This document shows positions 13,223 through 26,209 of a stretch of 64,000 nucleotides of DNA, piece after piece. This stretch comes from Octopus sinensis (lineage: Eukaryota): contig NC_043008.1 in the NCBI RefSeq assembly GCF_006345805.1, positions 54,126,001-54,190,000 on the forward strand. The letters run 5' to 3'. A program made the translations under genes and the position numbers. The notes below the pieces were generated by a model. That model saw nothing but the letters and a program-made list of their open reading frames with translations, was not told where the DNA came from and did no database searches. Numbering within the stretch: the first letter of the stretch is position 1; each line of letters begins with the position of its first letter.

Positions 13223-13395
13223 AGCGTGTGTGTGCGCGCACGCGTATGCGTGTGTTGGTGTGTGGCTTCTTTCAGTTTCTGTCTACCAAACCCACTCAGA
13301 AGGCTTTAATTGATCTGGACCTATAGTAGAAGACACTTGCCCGAAGTGCCATGCAGTGATAACTGAATCCAAGGCCACATGGCTAGAAAGCAAGC
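12480..13395 (-). mobile_element. Diverged SINE family A with an expanded internal (TA)n of about 550 bp
   Basis: 3' half at about 12480-12660, 5' half at about 13258-13395, microsatellite between them. Confidence 0.75.
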
Positions 13396-13640
13396 TTCTT
13401 AATCACATATCTACGCCTTTGCTGAAGAAATTGAAATCTCTCATTCGTTATTTCGTATTTCACAAGAAAACTTCTATTTTATCTTTCAAGACACGATTAC
13501 CATTTATGGAACGGTCAGTATGGTGACACGTACGGTTGTAATCATATAGATTGTAAGCAGTGCAATTGATCCAATGAAGATTTCTAATACAGAGATGAAA
13601 GAAGGCCATGAATGCAATGTGCCAAATCGACCCCATTATA

Positions 13641-13857
13641 CGAAGGTATGCTGAAAAGTTCCTGGTTTTAAGGGTGTCGCGAAAGGCCTGGCTGGAGGTC
13701 CAACCTTCCGAGTTCTTTTACAGAGCTTAGAAAAACTGAAGGACCAATGCAATAAGTGTGTGAATCTGAAAGGGAAATATGTTGAATAGAATCATAATTA
13801 ACTCATCCTCCTGTATTTTCTTTTACCCAAGATCGGGAACTTTTCAGCATCCCCTCG
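13641..13857 (+). mobile_element. 217-bp mariner-derived MITE
   Basis: TA|CGAAGGTATGCTGAAAAGTTCC ... GGAACTTTTCAGCATCCCCTCG|TA. The interior encodes a mariner C-terminus (QSLEKLKDQCNKCVNLKGKYVE*). Second copy at 53192-53408. Confidence 0.9.
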
Positions 13858-13932
13858 TATTTTATCTCCCCGTTCTTATTTATCAATTCAGAAGGACTAA
13901 AGTCAAACTCACTTAGTAAGGATTTCTTAAGC

Positions 13933-14047
13933 TAGTCATGGCCAACCTGCGGCCAGAGGGGATTCTCTTATTGACATGCCAGCGGCACACCTAATGATGA
14001 ACCATGTTTCATGCGGCCCACTTCAAGAAAAACGTTGCCCACGACTG
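13933..14047. mobile_element. Short hAT-like MITE
   Basis: TAGTCATGGCCAACCTGCGGCC ... CGTTGCCCACGACTG imperfect TIRs; TSD degenerate. Confidence 0.45.
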
Positions 14048-14984
14048 TCTGAGACTCAGAACATAAATAAATGGAATTAAATATTGCAAATTTTCTCGAT
14101 CCAGTTTTCAGTCTTTTTTTCTTTTTCTTTCTTTTTACTTCTTGCTTTAAACACAGCTGAGAGAACAATTTTGATTTCTAACATGGGGTCCTATCCACAA
14201 ATTTGTGAGCGAAGCATAATCGATTGATAACAAGCGTGACCGTGTTGGTTTGAAGTTCGCTTTGCAACCACATTGGCCCCAGGTTTGAAACCACAGTGTG
14301 GTACCTTGATAAAACGTCTTCTACTACAGCCTAGGATCGATTAAAATCTTTTATGTAAAATTTGACAGACGGAAACTATGGAAGCTCGTCGGTGACAAGT
14401 TTTTTTTCTTAGTGGTAGACCTAATCCTTTGACTGGTTCTAGCAACTCTCTTCCTTTCTCTGGTCACAAAGGCATTGCAAAAGATCATGGTGCTCCCCTT
14501 CTTCCTGTAAATTTGAATGTTTCGTGGTATTTCATTACGTTCCCATTTCAATATCCTCGTGGGTATATAATACCACTCACAGTGAAAAACTTAGTAAAAG
14601 TGTTCGTAAATTCAACCAAAGCATAACAATAAGTATTGGTTAATAATAATACTTCTTGATCTTGTTGTTGTTTCAACCATGGCTGCCTCTGCGTAGTTAT
14701 TTGTGTTGTTGTTTACTTTGTAAAACAGTAAGGGGAGAGGGTTGCTAGCACATCACCCTCTACCCACATTTTTCCCATCCACATCTTTACCATCTTTACC
14801 CTAACAAAATCTGATAATAGGTATAGATGCAAATCTATCTGATTATTTGTCTCCTTCTAAAATCAGGCATAACTTGGCGATCGGTCGACTTACAACACCT
14901 TTCTTCGTCTTGAGTTTAGTAGACAGAGTGTTATTAACTTGCCAACAAGATCAAGGTGAGGTCTGAAGGGCTGTAGGCAAAGGA

Positions 14985-15215
14985 GTTCCTTGTTGGGGTC
15001 CGGTACTGACGTGGGGAAAAAATTTCGCCGCCGGGCAAAATGCTTAGCTCCATTTCGTTTGTCTGTACGTTCTGGGTTCAAATGCCACTGAGGTTGTCTT
15101 TGCCTTTCATCCCTTCGGGGTCAATAAAATAAGTACTAATTGAGCACTGACGTTGATGTAATCGACATACACCCGCCCCCTAAATATCTGGCTTTGTGCC
15201 AAAATTTGAAACCTA
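14985..15215 (+). mobile_element. Diverged SINE family B
   Basis: CGCCGGGCAAAATGCTTAGC...GCCTTTCATCCCTTCGGGGTC. Confidence 0.75.
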
Positions 15216-15945
15216 TATTAAAAACTGGATTCAGTCATAGAATAATATATCGTAAATATAAATTCATTCTATAAGCAACGTATAAATCAAAACTGCAGTA
15301 TAATAATTGGAAATTAATGAATTGAAAATTCGGGTAACTGCAAACAGTGTTTTGAAGTTACCACCTCAAATTTCGTATCGGTAGAGTATTCATGGCCGGC
15401 ATACAAGACGTGCGGAGTCTGATACAAATAATTAGTTACAACAAGATAATGACAAGCAGACGATGGAAATGCTTAGAAGTCGGTAATGGAAATCACATTA
15501 GTGTAATAAGTAAACATAGTGAAAACAAATGGAACACTTTTTTCTGTATGTAAAGAAACAATAAAATACAAACTAGAAACTAATTACAGCAGAGAAAAAT
15601 ATTTAAAGAAAGCTAAAACAGAAGAAAAGGTTAAAAAATAGAACATCAATTCTAAAATATATAAGAGAATAAAATTGAAGGAAAAAAAAGACAATTGTTG
15701 GCGGAAACCAGAAACAGATTTTTAGCTGCACAGAAATAATGTTTAGCGAGAATATACAAAAATAGAAGAATGAGAAATATTCTAATGTTTGGTGCGGATG
15801 ATATAACCACTGCAGTGAGATAATTGATTAAATCCTTCCAAATATCCCAGACTTCATAAAAACTGGGCTGGATGGGTATCTATGTGCACCGGGTAACATA
15901 TTTACACTTTCAACGTTGAAGCGGATAAGTTGTACAAATATGTAT

Positions 15946-16338
15946 TACTAACAGTATCGCCCGGCGTTGCTCGTGCTTGTTTTGACTCTTTAGAATTGGA
16001 ATTTTTGAAAAGTAAAAATTTTGCCTTATGTAGCTTGTTATTCTCTTTAGGGAACATTTTTCCTGGTTGAAATACACCGAAAAATGGCGACACAGCAGTA
16101 AAAAAATCGTAAAAATTAGGGATTTTCATAGGAAAAAAGCACCTTTTTGATGTAAATAATTTTTGGTGTTAACATGGTCCGATTTGAATTTTATCTTTTA
16201 CGGAATGAAGAGCAAGCCTTCTTCTATCATACTCTCAATTTTGGTCAACTTGCGTCGCAGGGTCTCGGAGGAGATAGTGTTAGTTGAAGGCTACCAAACC
16301 TGCCACACGCAGACAACTTCAGCTTTATATATATTGAT
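15946..16338 (+). mobile_element. Non-autonomous Helentron/HINE-like element
   Basis: 5' TACTAACAGTATCGCCCGGCGTTGCTCG (subterminal hairpin) and 3' CAGACAACTTCAGCTTTATATATATTGAT; both ends are shared with 21044-21559. Confidence 0.65.
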
Positions 16339-17007
16339 ATGCGGAACATGACAACCACCTGGCCTCAGTCACCTGAAATATGCCCATCCTGACTGAAGAT
16401 GAAGAAAATGAAAACAAATCGCTCTGAGAATATTATCAAAGACTGTAAAGAAAATATCTGTACTCGAATTAACATCTCAGTCACTTCTGACCGAAACAAT
16501 GCCCGGGCGGATGTCGAAAATGTATCTTCTGTGAAAATGATAGACGTTCCACCTTTGGACCAGGGCAGTCCTTCAAATTTCTCTATATATTTTTAAAACT
16601 TTGTTCTTATTAGCGAGAATTGTATTTTGTATACTTTATAAAATATTTAAAGCTTTAAGATTACATGAAATAACTCGTTTATTTCTGTTGAGCTCGAAAT
16701 AGGTAAAGCTATATGTGGTATACAGAATTATTTATATGCAACGACATGCAAAGATGAATTACTCCAATAAATTTCATATTTCTGATTTCTGTTGAAAATT
16801 ATTGGAACTGAAACACGTTAGGATAGGAGACATGAAAGTGAGGAAAATATCAATCATAATTGAAGTATTGGACATGACAAAAAAAATATATGAAAAAAAC
16901 ATGTAAACGATACCGAGGCACATGACATTAGTTTCGTTCAAACATTTAACCCTGTAATGCACACTCTATATCCTACACAGTATACTTTATGCACAAAGCA
17001 CATATAT

Positions 17008-17236
17008 TTCTTTACTACCCACAAGGGGCTAAACACAGAGGAGACAAACAAGGACATACAAACGGATTAAGTCGATTATATCGACCCAAGTGCGTAACTG
17101 GTACTTAATTTATCGACCCCGAAAGGATGAAAGGCAAAGTGGACTTCGACGGAATTTGAACTCAGAACGTAACAGCAGACGAAATATTGCAAAGCATTTC
17201 GCCCGGCGTGCTAACGTTTCTGCCAGCTCGCCGCCT
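17008..17236 (-). mobile_element. SINE family B, full-length monomer
   Basis: Reverse complement of unit 1 of 3137. Confidence 0.9.
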
Positions 17237-17692
17237 GCACAAAGCATATATCCAAACTACAAATTAGCACAACATATAAACATTAAAATAATCTAACACA
17301 ACACATACTATTACACAATCGATGTCGTGTAAATTGTTGATATAACATCAACAATTTACATGATAAGCATTCTGCACGTTTTCCTTACATTAATATAAAG
17401 CACATACTGTATATTATCACCACCTGACACTAAATTATAATGCTAATCGCACAGCACATACAAATTACAAACAACACTGCCCTTCGAAATAATACGGCTT
17501 ACATTGGACGCATCCTTATAGACGAGACAGTAAAAGGATACTAGAAACTGCAAAGTAAATCCTACAACATAACAAATTTGATCTTAAATGCAAGCGGAAA
17601 TTGTACAACCCTAGAAGATGTCAATGTACATAACCTCAGAATCCCAGAGCAGCATCTGGTAATGCAGCAGGAACTCGCATAAAACTGGCGAA

Positions 17693-17839
17693 ATGATGAT
17701 GATGATAATAATAACTATTATTATTATTATTGTTGTTGGTGTTGTTGCTACTGTTGTTGTTGTTATTATTATCATTATTATTATTATTATTATCATCATC
17801 ATCATTATTATCATTATTATTATCATTATCATTATCATA

Positions 17840-17886
<47 letters not shown>

Positions 17887-17913
17887 CATTATTATTATTA
17901 TTATTATTATTAA

Positions 17914-17958
<45 letters not shown>

Positions 17959-17960
17959 TA

Positions 17961-18033
<73 letters not shown>

Positions 18034-18041
18034 CATTATTA

Positions 18042-18135
<94 letters not shown>

Positions 18136-18137
18136 TA

Positions 18138-18213
<76 letters not shown>

Positions 18214-18221
18214 CATTATTA

Positions 18222-18266
<45 letters not shown>
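17693..18266. repeat. (ATT/ATC)n microsatellite
   Basis: Direct reading. Confidence 0.97.
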
Positions 18267-18268
<2 letters not shown>

Positions 18269-18984
18269 TTCTGCCTTTGGATTAAATGAGAACAGGTTAC
18301 AGCTGAAGTGGATGGAATACTATTTAGATGAGAGAAACTTCTTATCCAAATCAGTGGAAAGCACTTAAAGCCAAAGAAAAGTCACTTCTCCACCAAAAGA
18401 AGAACGCCTCTTCAGTATTATAGTAAGTTCAATATAAGAGAATAGCAGAGATGGACAGCAACTTTAATTTGCACAGTAGAGGGTACTTGTGGTTTTCGCT
18501 CTCTGAATAAGATGGCTTTCTATGTTGTAAAGTATGGCATGAAAGCTTTTAGATTTCATTGAATGAAAAAGCACGTAAACAGCTGTGTATTGGCAAATAA
18601 TAATTACATCTTATGAAACTACACTCTCAACGAAAGGTATATGACTTCGTATCTATGTAATATATACATATTTTTCATAGGCTGGTTACTGGGATTTCTA
18701 AAATTATATTTGGTTATTGTTCAACTTCTTTGTTACCGTAAAATTCTGTTTGTGAAATTTTCATTATCTCTTTTCATTTTATGACACAATTATGGTGACT
18801 TCAACTGCACTCTCCCCTCAATATATAATTTCTGGATATTTGTGTCGCGGAAAGATTAACAGGTTACGGAAAACGTTGCAACGCTGGACAGTTTGTTTAA
18901 GGCGTATGCCATGTTTTACGTTTGTTTTTTTTCTATAATTTAAGTTCACCTGAGGTCATATTTGATTTTTGTTTCATTGGATTA

Positions 18985-18992
18985 ATTAAATC

Positions 18993-19029
<37 letters not shown>

Positions 19030-19385
19030 ATATCAGCAGCAGCAGTAATAGTATTATTAATAGTAGTAGTATTAGTATCAGCAGCAGCAGTAGTAGTAGT
19101 ATCAGCAGCAGCAGCAGCAGCAGTAGCAGTAGTAGTAGTAGTAGTAGTAGTAGTGGCAACAGTGGTTATTGTAGAATCGGTGGTGGTAGTAGTAGTGGTG
19201 GTGGTGGTGGTGGTGGTGGTGGTGATGCTATTGGTGGTGTGTGGTGGTGGCGGTGGTGGTTAAGATATTAACGACAGTAGCAGTAGTCGTAGTAGTTGTT
19301 GTGGTTGCTGTAATAGTAGTAGTAGTAGGAAGAGGAGGAGGAGGAGGAGGAGGAGGAGGTGGTGGTGGTGGTGGAGGAGGAGGAG
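18985..19385. repeat. Compound (GTA/GCA/GGT/GGA)n repeat
   Basis: Direct reading; paralogous to 24175-24530. Confidence 0.92.
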
Positions 19386-19529
19386 GAGAAGTTTGGTTCC
19401 AGCTTAGTTCTGTCTGAGAAAACTAATGAACAAAGGTAATTCCAGCTGTAATTAGCAGGTCTTTTGTTTTTAGACACATTGTATCTACAACTACATTATT
19501 CGTTATGGCCTTCCATTTTCTTTATCATT

Positions 19530-19823
19530 CGTTTGTTCCTGCCTGGCTCATTAGGGCCGGTTTCCCGGTTTCCTTGGCGTATAGGTTGCCCACCTGGACA
19601 GGACGCCACCTGGACGTCGCAGGTGAGCTGCAAGATGCAGGAGGAAAGAGTGAGAGAAAGTTGTGGCGAAAGAGTCAGCAGAAGTTAGCCATTACCTTCT
19701 GCCGGAGCCGCGTGGAGCTTAGGTGTTCGGCTCATATACACACACACATCGCCCGGTCTGAGATTCGAACTCGCGATCCTTCGACCGCGTGTCCGCTGCT
19801 CTAACCACTAGGCCATGTGCCTC
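19530..19823 (-). mobile_element. tRNA-derived SINE family C variant
   Basis: Head AGGCACATGGCCTAGTGGTTAGAGC...GAGTTCGAATC; central ACTCTTTCGCCACAACTTTCTCTCAC shared with 55140. Confidence 0.8.
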
Positions 19824-20258
19824 TACTTTCTTTATCATGGTGAGTATTATTTGACAGAGGTTTGGCAATTATTTCAGGCAAGTAAAGTGATAAGAAACAT
19901 TACTGGAATCAAACATATAATAGGATCACTTGAGATGTATAGAGTGTCAACTTCTGTAGAGAGGTGAAATATCCTCCGGCTTTGGAGAGAAAGACCACAT
20001 TTTGCGTTGCGCTTGCTTTCATCGGAAAGAGGTTCATGATGATAGTGGTGCCCAAAACTAGGAGCGACTATAAAAGTGACTGTAGCTAGGTGCCGGCTAC
20101 GTTTAGAGATGGTGCAGTGTTTTTTCATGATATCTACAGCCTACATACAAGGCCTCAGATTGTCGCCCGTATTGTAGAGTAAGCATGGAAACTATATTTA
20201 CACGCTCTTCGTTAATTTGTCTACGGTTGCCTAAATAGTATATTGTATGTGATAACTA

Positions 20259-20811
20259 TTGGGTTGTCCGGAAAGTTCGTGCCGATTTATAGTATCTTAC
20301 CTTTCGACTTACTTTTAGAACATGGTTGAGTCCATAAAATAGGATTTGACTACACCTCCTTTTAGAGTACAGTTTAAGCTAACTTTTCGTGGAAGAAGGT
20401 TTATGTTCCTATAACCTGTGTTAATTCTGTAACCCTTCAAATTGGAAGGTAAAGTTCATTTTTGGCACTTGATGCTTTGCTAACCAGACAAAAATTGCTG
20501 CAGCTCGGCTGGGATGTGTTACCCTACCCTTCATATTGTGCCTTCGGATTTCCACTTATTCAGGCCTCTGCAGAATAGTCTTAATGGTAAAAATTTCAAT
20601 TCCTTGGATGACGTAAAAAGATACCTTGATGAATTCTTTGCCATGAAACCACCTCAGTTCTGGGAAGAGCGTATTTTCAAGTTAAAGGAAAGATGAAGAC
20701 ACATTGTGCAACAAAATGGTTCATATTTGGTTGATTAAAAATATAATGGCAAGTATTTATTGACTTTTTTCTTTCCTTTAAAAATCGGCACGAACTTTCC
20801 GGACAACCCAA
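20259..20811 (+). mobile_element. Internally deleted mariner with perfect 30-bp TIRs
   Basis: TA|TTGGGTTGTCCGGAAAGTTCGTGCCGATTT ... exact reverse complement|TA. The N-terminal KVHFWHLML is joined to the C-terminal LGWDVLP..PSDFHLFRPLQNSLNGKNF..QQNGSYLVD*. Confidence 0.95.
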
Positions 20812-21043
20812 TACTTTTCATTAAAATGGAGTACTGAGCGTTTCAGTTCTTCCTATGGATCTAGATTCATACAAAATAGATTTCATTTACCCTCTGACTC
20901 AATCAACTTTTCCTTTCATCCGTTCACGGTCGATGAGTTCCAGTTGAGCACTGGGGGGGGGGGGCGACGTAATCTACTTGCCCCTCCACCGAAATTGCTG
21001 GCATTGCGCCAAAATTTGAAACTATATTATATTTTTTATATTA

Positions 21044-21559
21044 TACTAGCAGTATCGCCCGGCGTTGCTCGGGTTTGTAAGGGAAATAACTATATAAACA
21101 TTTTTAGAGAGTTACTTCCTTTATAGATGCCAATTCGGGCTTTCTTAGCCATTTCTGTTTTGGTGTCTTCAAGCCATGAAGTCGTTGTTCTAAAAGAACG
21201 CTGGTCTCCTTGACAACGCATTACGACGTTGATTTCCTTAAACTCCCTCCCCACAGCTTCACGAGGGAGGGAAGAAGGGGGAGAAGCAAACAGGTGCAGG
21301 TGTGACCATGGACGCCAACTCCGCCGCCATCGACACACGAAAAATTATGCATTAAAATGGAATAAAAAAATGATGTTAAATTATTTTTAAAATCGTAGAC
21401 TCATCGTAGACGCGCGCTAATAGCCAGACGGGCTTGATATGAATCACGACTATAAGATACCCGAATTTGGTTAAACTGCACCGCAAAATGTGGGAGGAGT
21501 TAGGAATCTAAATCGTAGGAGACAGACACTCACACAACTACAGTTTTATATATATAGAT
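21044..21559 (+). mobile_element. Non-autonomous Helentron/HINE-like element
   Basis: TACTAGCAGTATCGCCCGGCGTTGCTCGGG ... CACAACTACAGTTTTATATATATAGAT. Confidence 0.65.
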
Positions 21560-21971
21560 ATATGGAAGACCAAAATATCATAAAATATCAAACTGAGTTT
21601 TCGTTTCGTTTTGTTTGTGGGATTTTTGTTGGGTATTTTTTTGTTGTTATTTTTCAGGATTTCCGTTTGAATAGAAATGGATCAACATTTTCGTTTATTA
21701 TCATTATATATTTATTCTTAATTTTTATTAGGATGAGCTGAAAGAGGTTATCGCTTATAATTAATTAACAAAATATATAAAAGCTGCATAAAGTACTTGA
21801 AGTGACGCCTATTGATCGATTTTAGAATATCAACTAAATATTAATTAGAATGAATGTGACAAAAATAACTAAATTCTCTTGTTTTTTTCGTTGTTTACTT
21901 CCACTACTTCATTTTGGATACTAACTTCCGTTTGCTTAGTGATGTTGTTGTTTATTTGTGGTTCTAGTGAT

Positions 21972-22148
21972 TGTGGTGGTGGTGGTGGTGGTGGTGGTGG
22001 TGTGGCGGTGTTGGTGGTGGTGCTTATGCTTGTACCGTTGGCATTGGTGCTGGAGCTGGTGGTGGTGGTGGTGGTGGTGGTGGAGGTGGTGGTGGTGGTG
22101 GTGGTGGAGGTGGAGGTGGTGGTGGAGATGCTGGAGTTGTTGTTGTTG

Positions 22149-22180
<32 letters not shown>

Positions 22181-22822
22181 GGTGGTGGTGGTGGTGGTAG
22201 CGGTGTTGGTGGTGCTTATGCTTGTACCGTTGGCATTGGTGCTGGAGCTGGTGGTGGTGGTGGTGGAGGTGGTGGTGGTGGTGGTGGTGGAGGTGGTGGT
22301 GGAGATGCTGGAGTTGTTGTTGGTGGTGGTGGTGGTGGTGGTGGTGGTGGTGGTGATAGTGGTGGTGGCGGTGGTGGTGGTGCTTATGCTTGTACCGTTG
22401 GCATTGGTGCTGGAGCTGGTGGTGGTGGTGGTGGAGGTGCTGGAGTTGTTGTTGTTGTTGGTGGTGGTGGTGGTGGTGGTGGTGGTGATGGTGGTGGTTT
22501 TGGTGGTGTTGGTGCTGGTGCTGGAGGTGCTGGTGATGGTGATGGTGATGGTGGTGGTGAAGGTGCTGGTGATGGTGATGGTGAAGGTGCTGGTGATGGT
22601 GGTGGTGGTGGTGGTGGTGGTGGTGGTGGTGGTGGAGGTTGAGGTGCTGGTGGAGGTGCTGGTGTTGGTGCTGGTGTTGATGCTGGAGGTGCTGGTGATG
22701 GTGGTGGTGGTGGTGTAAGTTGTGAAGGTAGAGGTAGTCGTGGTGGTGCCTGTGGTGCTAGTGGCGGGTACTGGTGGTGTTAGTGGTGTTGTTGTTGGTG
22801 GTGGTGGTGGTGGGGGGGGGGG
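21972..22822. repeat. (GGT)n-based repeat with three higher-order units
   Basis: Unit GCGGTGTTGGTGGTGCTTATGCTTGTACCGTTGGCATTGGTGCTGGAGCT at about 22005, 22200 and 22370. Confidence 0.92.
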
Positions 22823-23305
22823 ATCATATTTGATTCAATTTTTTTCTGTAACTTTTTTTGTTTTCTTTTTCTGCTAATAATATTTGAAAAATTAAATTGG
22901 TTTGCGGCAGTTTATGATTTTCTATTTGAACATACCTTTTGTACGTTTTGCTTCTTGGTCTTTTTTTCTTTTCAATTATGTGTGTTTTATGACGCATATT
23001 CATATGCGCATGTACATGCGGTAGGGGTTTTGAAGAGTATGTTCATCTTTGTGTCTTTGCATTTGCGTGTTCATGTGTGCACCTGTATATGTTCGCATAC
23101 GAGTTGTTTATATAGGTTCTCCTCTGTACGTATACCCACATACACACACACACATATGAGTGTGTGTGTGTGTATGTGTATGTGTGTGTGTTTGTGTGTA
23201 AACATAATATAAATGCAGACATATATACATATATGTATAAACGTATATACAGAAATATATGTAAATACATACATATATATATATACATATATACATATAT
23301 GAATT

Positions 23306-23383
<78 letters not shown>

Positions 23384-23516
23384 CAACTTACATACATTTA
23401 TGTATATATATACATATTCATACACATATACAGACATATATAATCATATACACACAACATACATATATATGTATGTACATATATAACCATATGCACATCC
23501 ACATATATACATATGC

Positions 23517-23597
<81 letters not shown>

Positions 23598-24174
23598 TGT
23601 ATGTGTGTAAATATATATATGTATATTTGTGAGTATGTGTATTTATACATGTGTGGTGATGCGAGTAAAACGTGACTGTAGAAATTTTCTCTTCTCTTAA
23701 ACACTAAATGAAGAGTGTTATTACCAGGGAGTTAATCAAACTTGAAGGAGAAGCAAAAATAATTTTGGGGGCTTTTTGTTTGTTTGATTGATTCTGTTTT
23801 TTTTTTTGTTTGTTTGTTTGTTTGTTTTTTTTTGATAAGGTAAGCGATGAGAAAGAGAAAAGCAGAAGTAGAAAGAGAAAAAGAAAGATAGAAAAGGGAA
23901 AGGAAAAGGAAAAGCAATCAAAATGAAAAACGATTGTAAAAAAAAGAGAAAAGAAAAGAAGGAAACAAGGAATTAGGTCAGGTTAAGACATTATAGAGTA
24001 TTCATTAAGAAAACAAAGAATACTAATTAAAAACATTATCTTAGAGAAGATTACTTAAATTATCAAACCAGATGAAATATTTTCAAGAAAAAAATTCAGT
24101 TTCAATATTATTACAATTACGATTATAAATACGTATTTTATTATATTATTTTTTATCATAGTTATTATTGCGAC

Positions 24175-24475
24175 TAGTAGTAGTAGTAGTAGTAGTGTAG
24201 TAGTAGTAGTAGTATTGCGACTAGTAGTAGTAGTAGTAGTAGTAGTATCAGCAGCAGCAGCAGTAATAGTATTAGTAATAGTAGTAGTAGTAGTAGTAGT
24301 ATCACCAGCAGCAGTAGTAGCGGCAACAGCGGTTATTGTAGCATTGGTGGTGGTAGTAGTAGTGGTGGTGGTGGTGGTGGTGGTGATGCTAGTGGTGGTG
24401 TGTAGTGGTGGCGGTGGTGGTTAAGATATTAACGAGAGTAGCAGTAGTCGTAGTAGTTGTTGTGGTTGCTGTAGC

Positions 24476-24514
<39 letters not shown>

Positions 24515-24530
24515 TGTTGTTGTTGTTGTT
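24175..24530. repeat. Compound (GTA/GCA/GGT)n repeat
   Basis: Same interruptions as 18985-19330. Confidence 0.92.
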
Positions 24531-24913
24531 GCTGTGTCTCACAAAAGAGTAATACTTCAACCATTTATTCTGCCTCTTTAATACAAACCAAAACTCAGTA
24601 AGACTGCGTGCTTGTCGTCTTGACAAAAGATTTTAAAACTTTGTATCACTCTTCACCGTATCCGAATATATTTTTCGATATTATGCATAAGAACCAGTTA
24701 TGATTTCGCAGTCTTCTCAACCGTTAATTTCTTAAAAGGAAATTTTTTTTTAACAAAAGCTTTTTTACTGGAGGGAACATTTACAAATACCATTTCTAAT
24801 GGAGTCTGCCTTCGAGGATTTCTGAGAATGGTATAATAAATATATGTGTCGCGCGTCCGTGTAAGTGTGTGTACACACACGTATATGTTTGTATGTATGC
24901 ATGTATATATATA

Positions 24914-24967
<54 letters not shown>

Positions 24968-25027
24968 TATATATACACATATACTTATATAAACACACAT
25001 ATATATGCATTATATATACATATGCAC

Positions 25028-25058
<31 letters not shown>

Positions 25059-25462
25059 TATATATACATAGGTATATACATATATATATACACATTTTAT
25101 ATATATATATGTGTGTGTGTATGTGTGTGTGTGTGTTATTATAAATATATATATATATTAAACCAGGATATTGGACAAGTTTTGGGATTTATTTATTCAT
25201 CGTTACACATGTTCCATTTGCTAAAAAGAAATTGTACATGTAGGAGATATCTTAATGCTTCTGCTACATGTACAAATGTGTGGCTCTTATTAGTCACTGA
25301 AACATATTTAATAATGAATAAACGATAATATATATAATTAAGAGAAATAATCTCTATTAAGCAATTCAGTAGTGAAAGACATTATCCATATTATATAGAA
25401 AAATTTAATATGCTATATAAATATTATTCAAAAAAATCAATAAATTAAATAAACATTAAATT

Positions 25463-25560
25463 GACTACGCGCGTTTCGTGACTATATCTTTAAATCGATA
25501 ATAATAAAATCGATACTATTAAAATTAATTCGATTTAAAAATATAGCCACTCTTCAAGTC
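25463..25560 (-). ncRNA. Hammerhead copy with C3U change (UUGAAGA)
   Basis: Reverse complement of 25696-25793 with TTGAAGA core and a G-U pair in stem II. Confidence 0.6.
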
Positions 25561-25695
25561 TAAAATAATAAAATAAATGTTCTTCAATAAGATAAGTTAT
25601 GAATTCTTTTTTCATTTATATTGTTAAATTCTATTCGATTATTTATTGTTTAATCCGTTTATTTGTTAGATACATACATTTATTTTATTATTTTA

Positions 25696-25793
25696 GACCT
25701 GAAGAGTGACTATATTTTTAAATCGAATTAATTTTGATAGTATCGATTTTATTACTATCGATTCAAAGATATAGTCACGAAACGCGCGTAGTC
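25696..25793 (+). ncRNA. Type I hammerhead ribozyme motif with extended stem II
   Basis: GAC CTGAAGA GTGACTATAT [53 nt] ATATAGTCAC GAAA CGCGCG TA GTC; palindromic ACGCGCGT stem III; predicted cleavage after 25790. Confidence 0.8.
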
Positions 25794-26163
25794 AATTTGA
25801 TGGTTATTTAATTTATTGCTATTTTTTTTCTATTTAATATGGATAATGTCTTTCACTACTGAATTGCTTAATAGTGGTTACTTCTCATAATTATATACAT
25901 ATATTATGTATCGTGAAATTTGATTTAGAATTGCTAAATTTAATTTTCCCTGTAAGTTTGGAATTATATTCCTTACAATTATATATATATATATATGACT
26001 AATAGGCGGAGTAAACCGGAAATTTGTAAACTTGTCCCAAATGCTTGCAACAACGTAAACTCCATCAAAAAACCAAATCAGTGATGTCAAAGTGAGTGAC
26101 ATATTAAGTCTGCACCTTCAAGACAAACCCATACACTCACACACCTCTTACACACGCACACGC

Positions 26164-26209
<46 letters not shown>

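Larger units (their letters stand above)
25331..25985. mobile_element. Fold-back element with an HHR in each arm, probably PLE-derived and non-autonomous
   Basis: Arms about 25331-25580 and 25677-25897; shared tail TTTTCCCTGTAAGTTTGGA at about 25945, then (TA)n. Confidence 0.7.

Noticed and set aside
11188-24530. Apparent 5.1-5.3 kb periodicity among three repeat pairs
   Set aside because: The intervening sequences are not homologous, so this is not a tandem segmental duplication.
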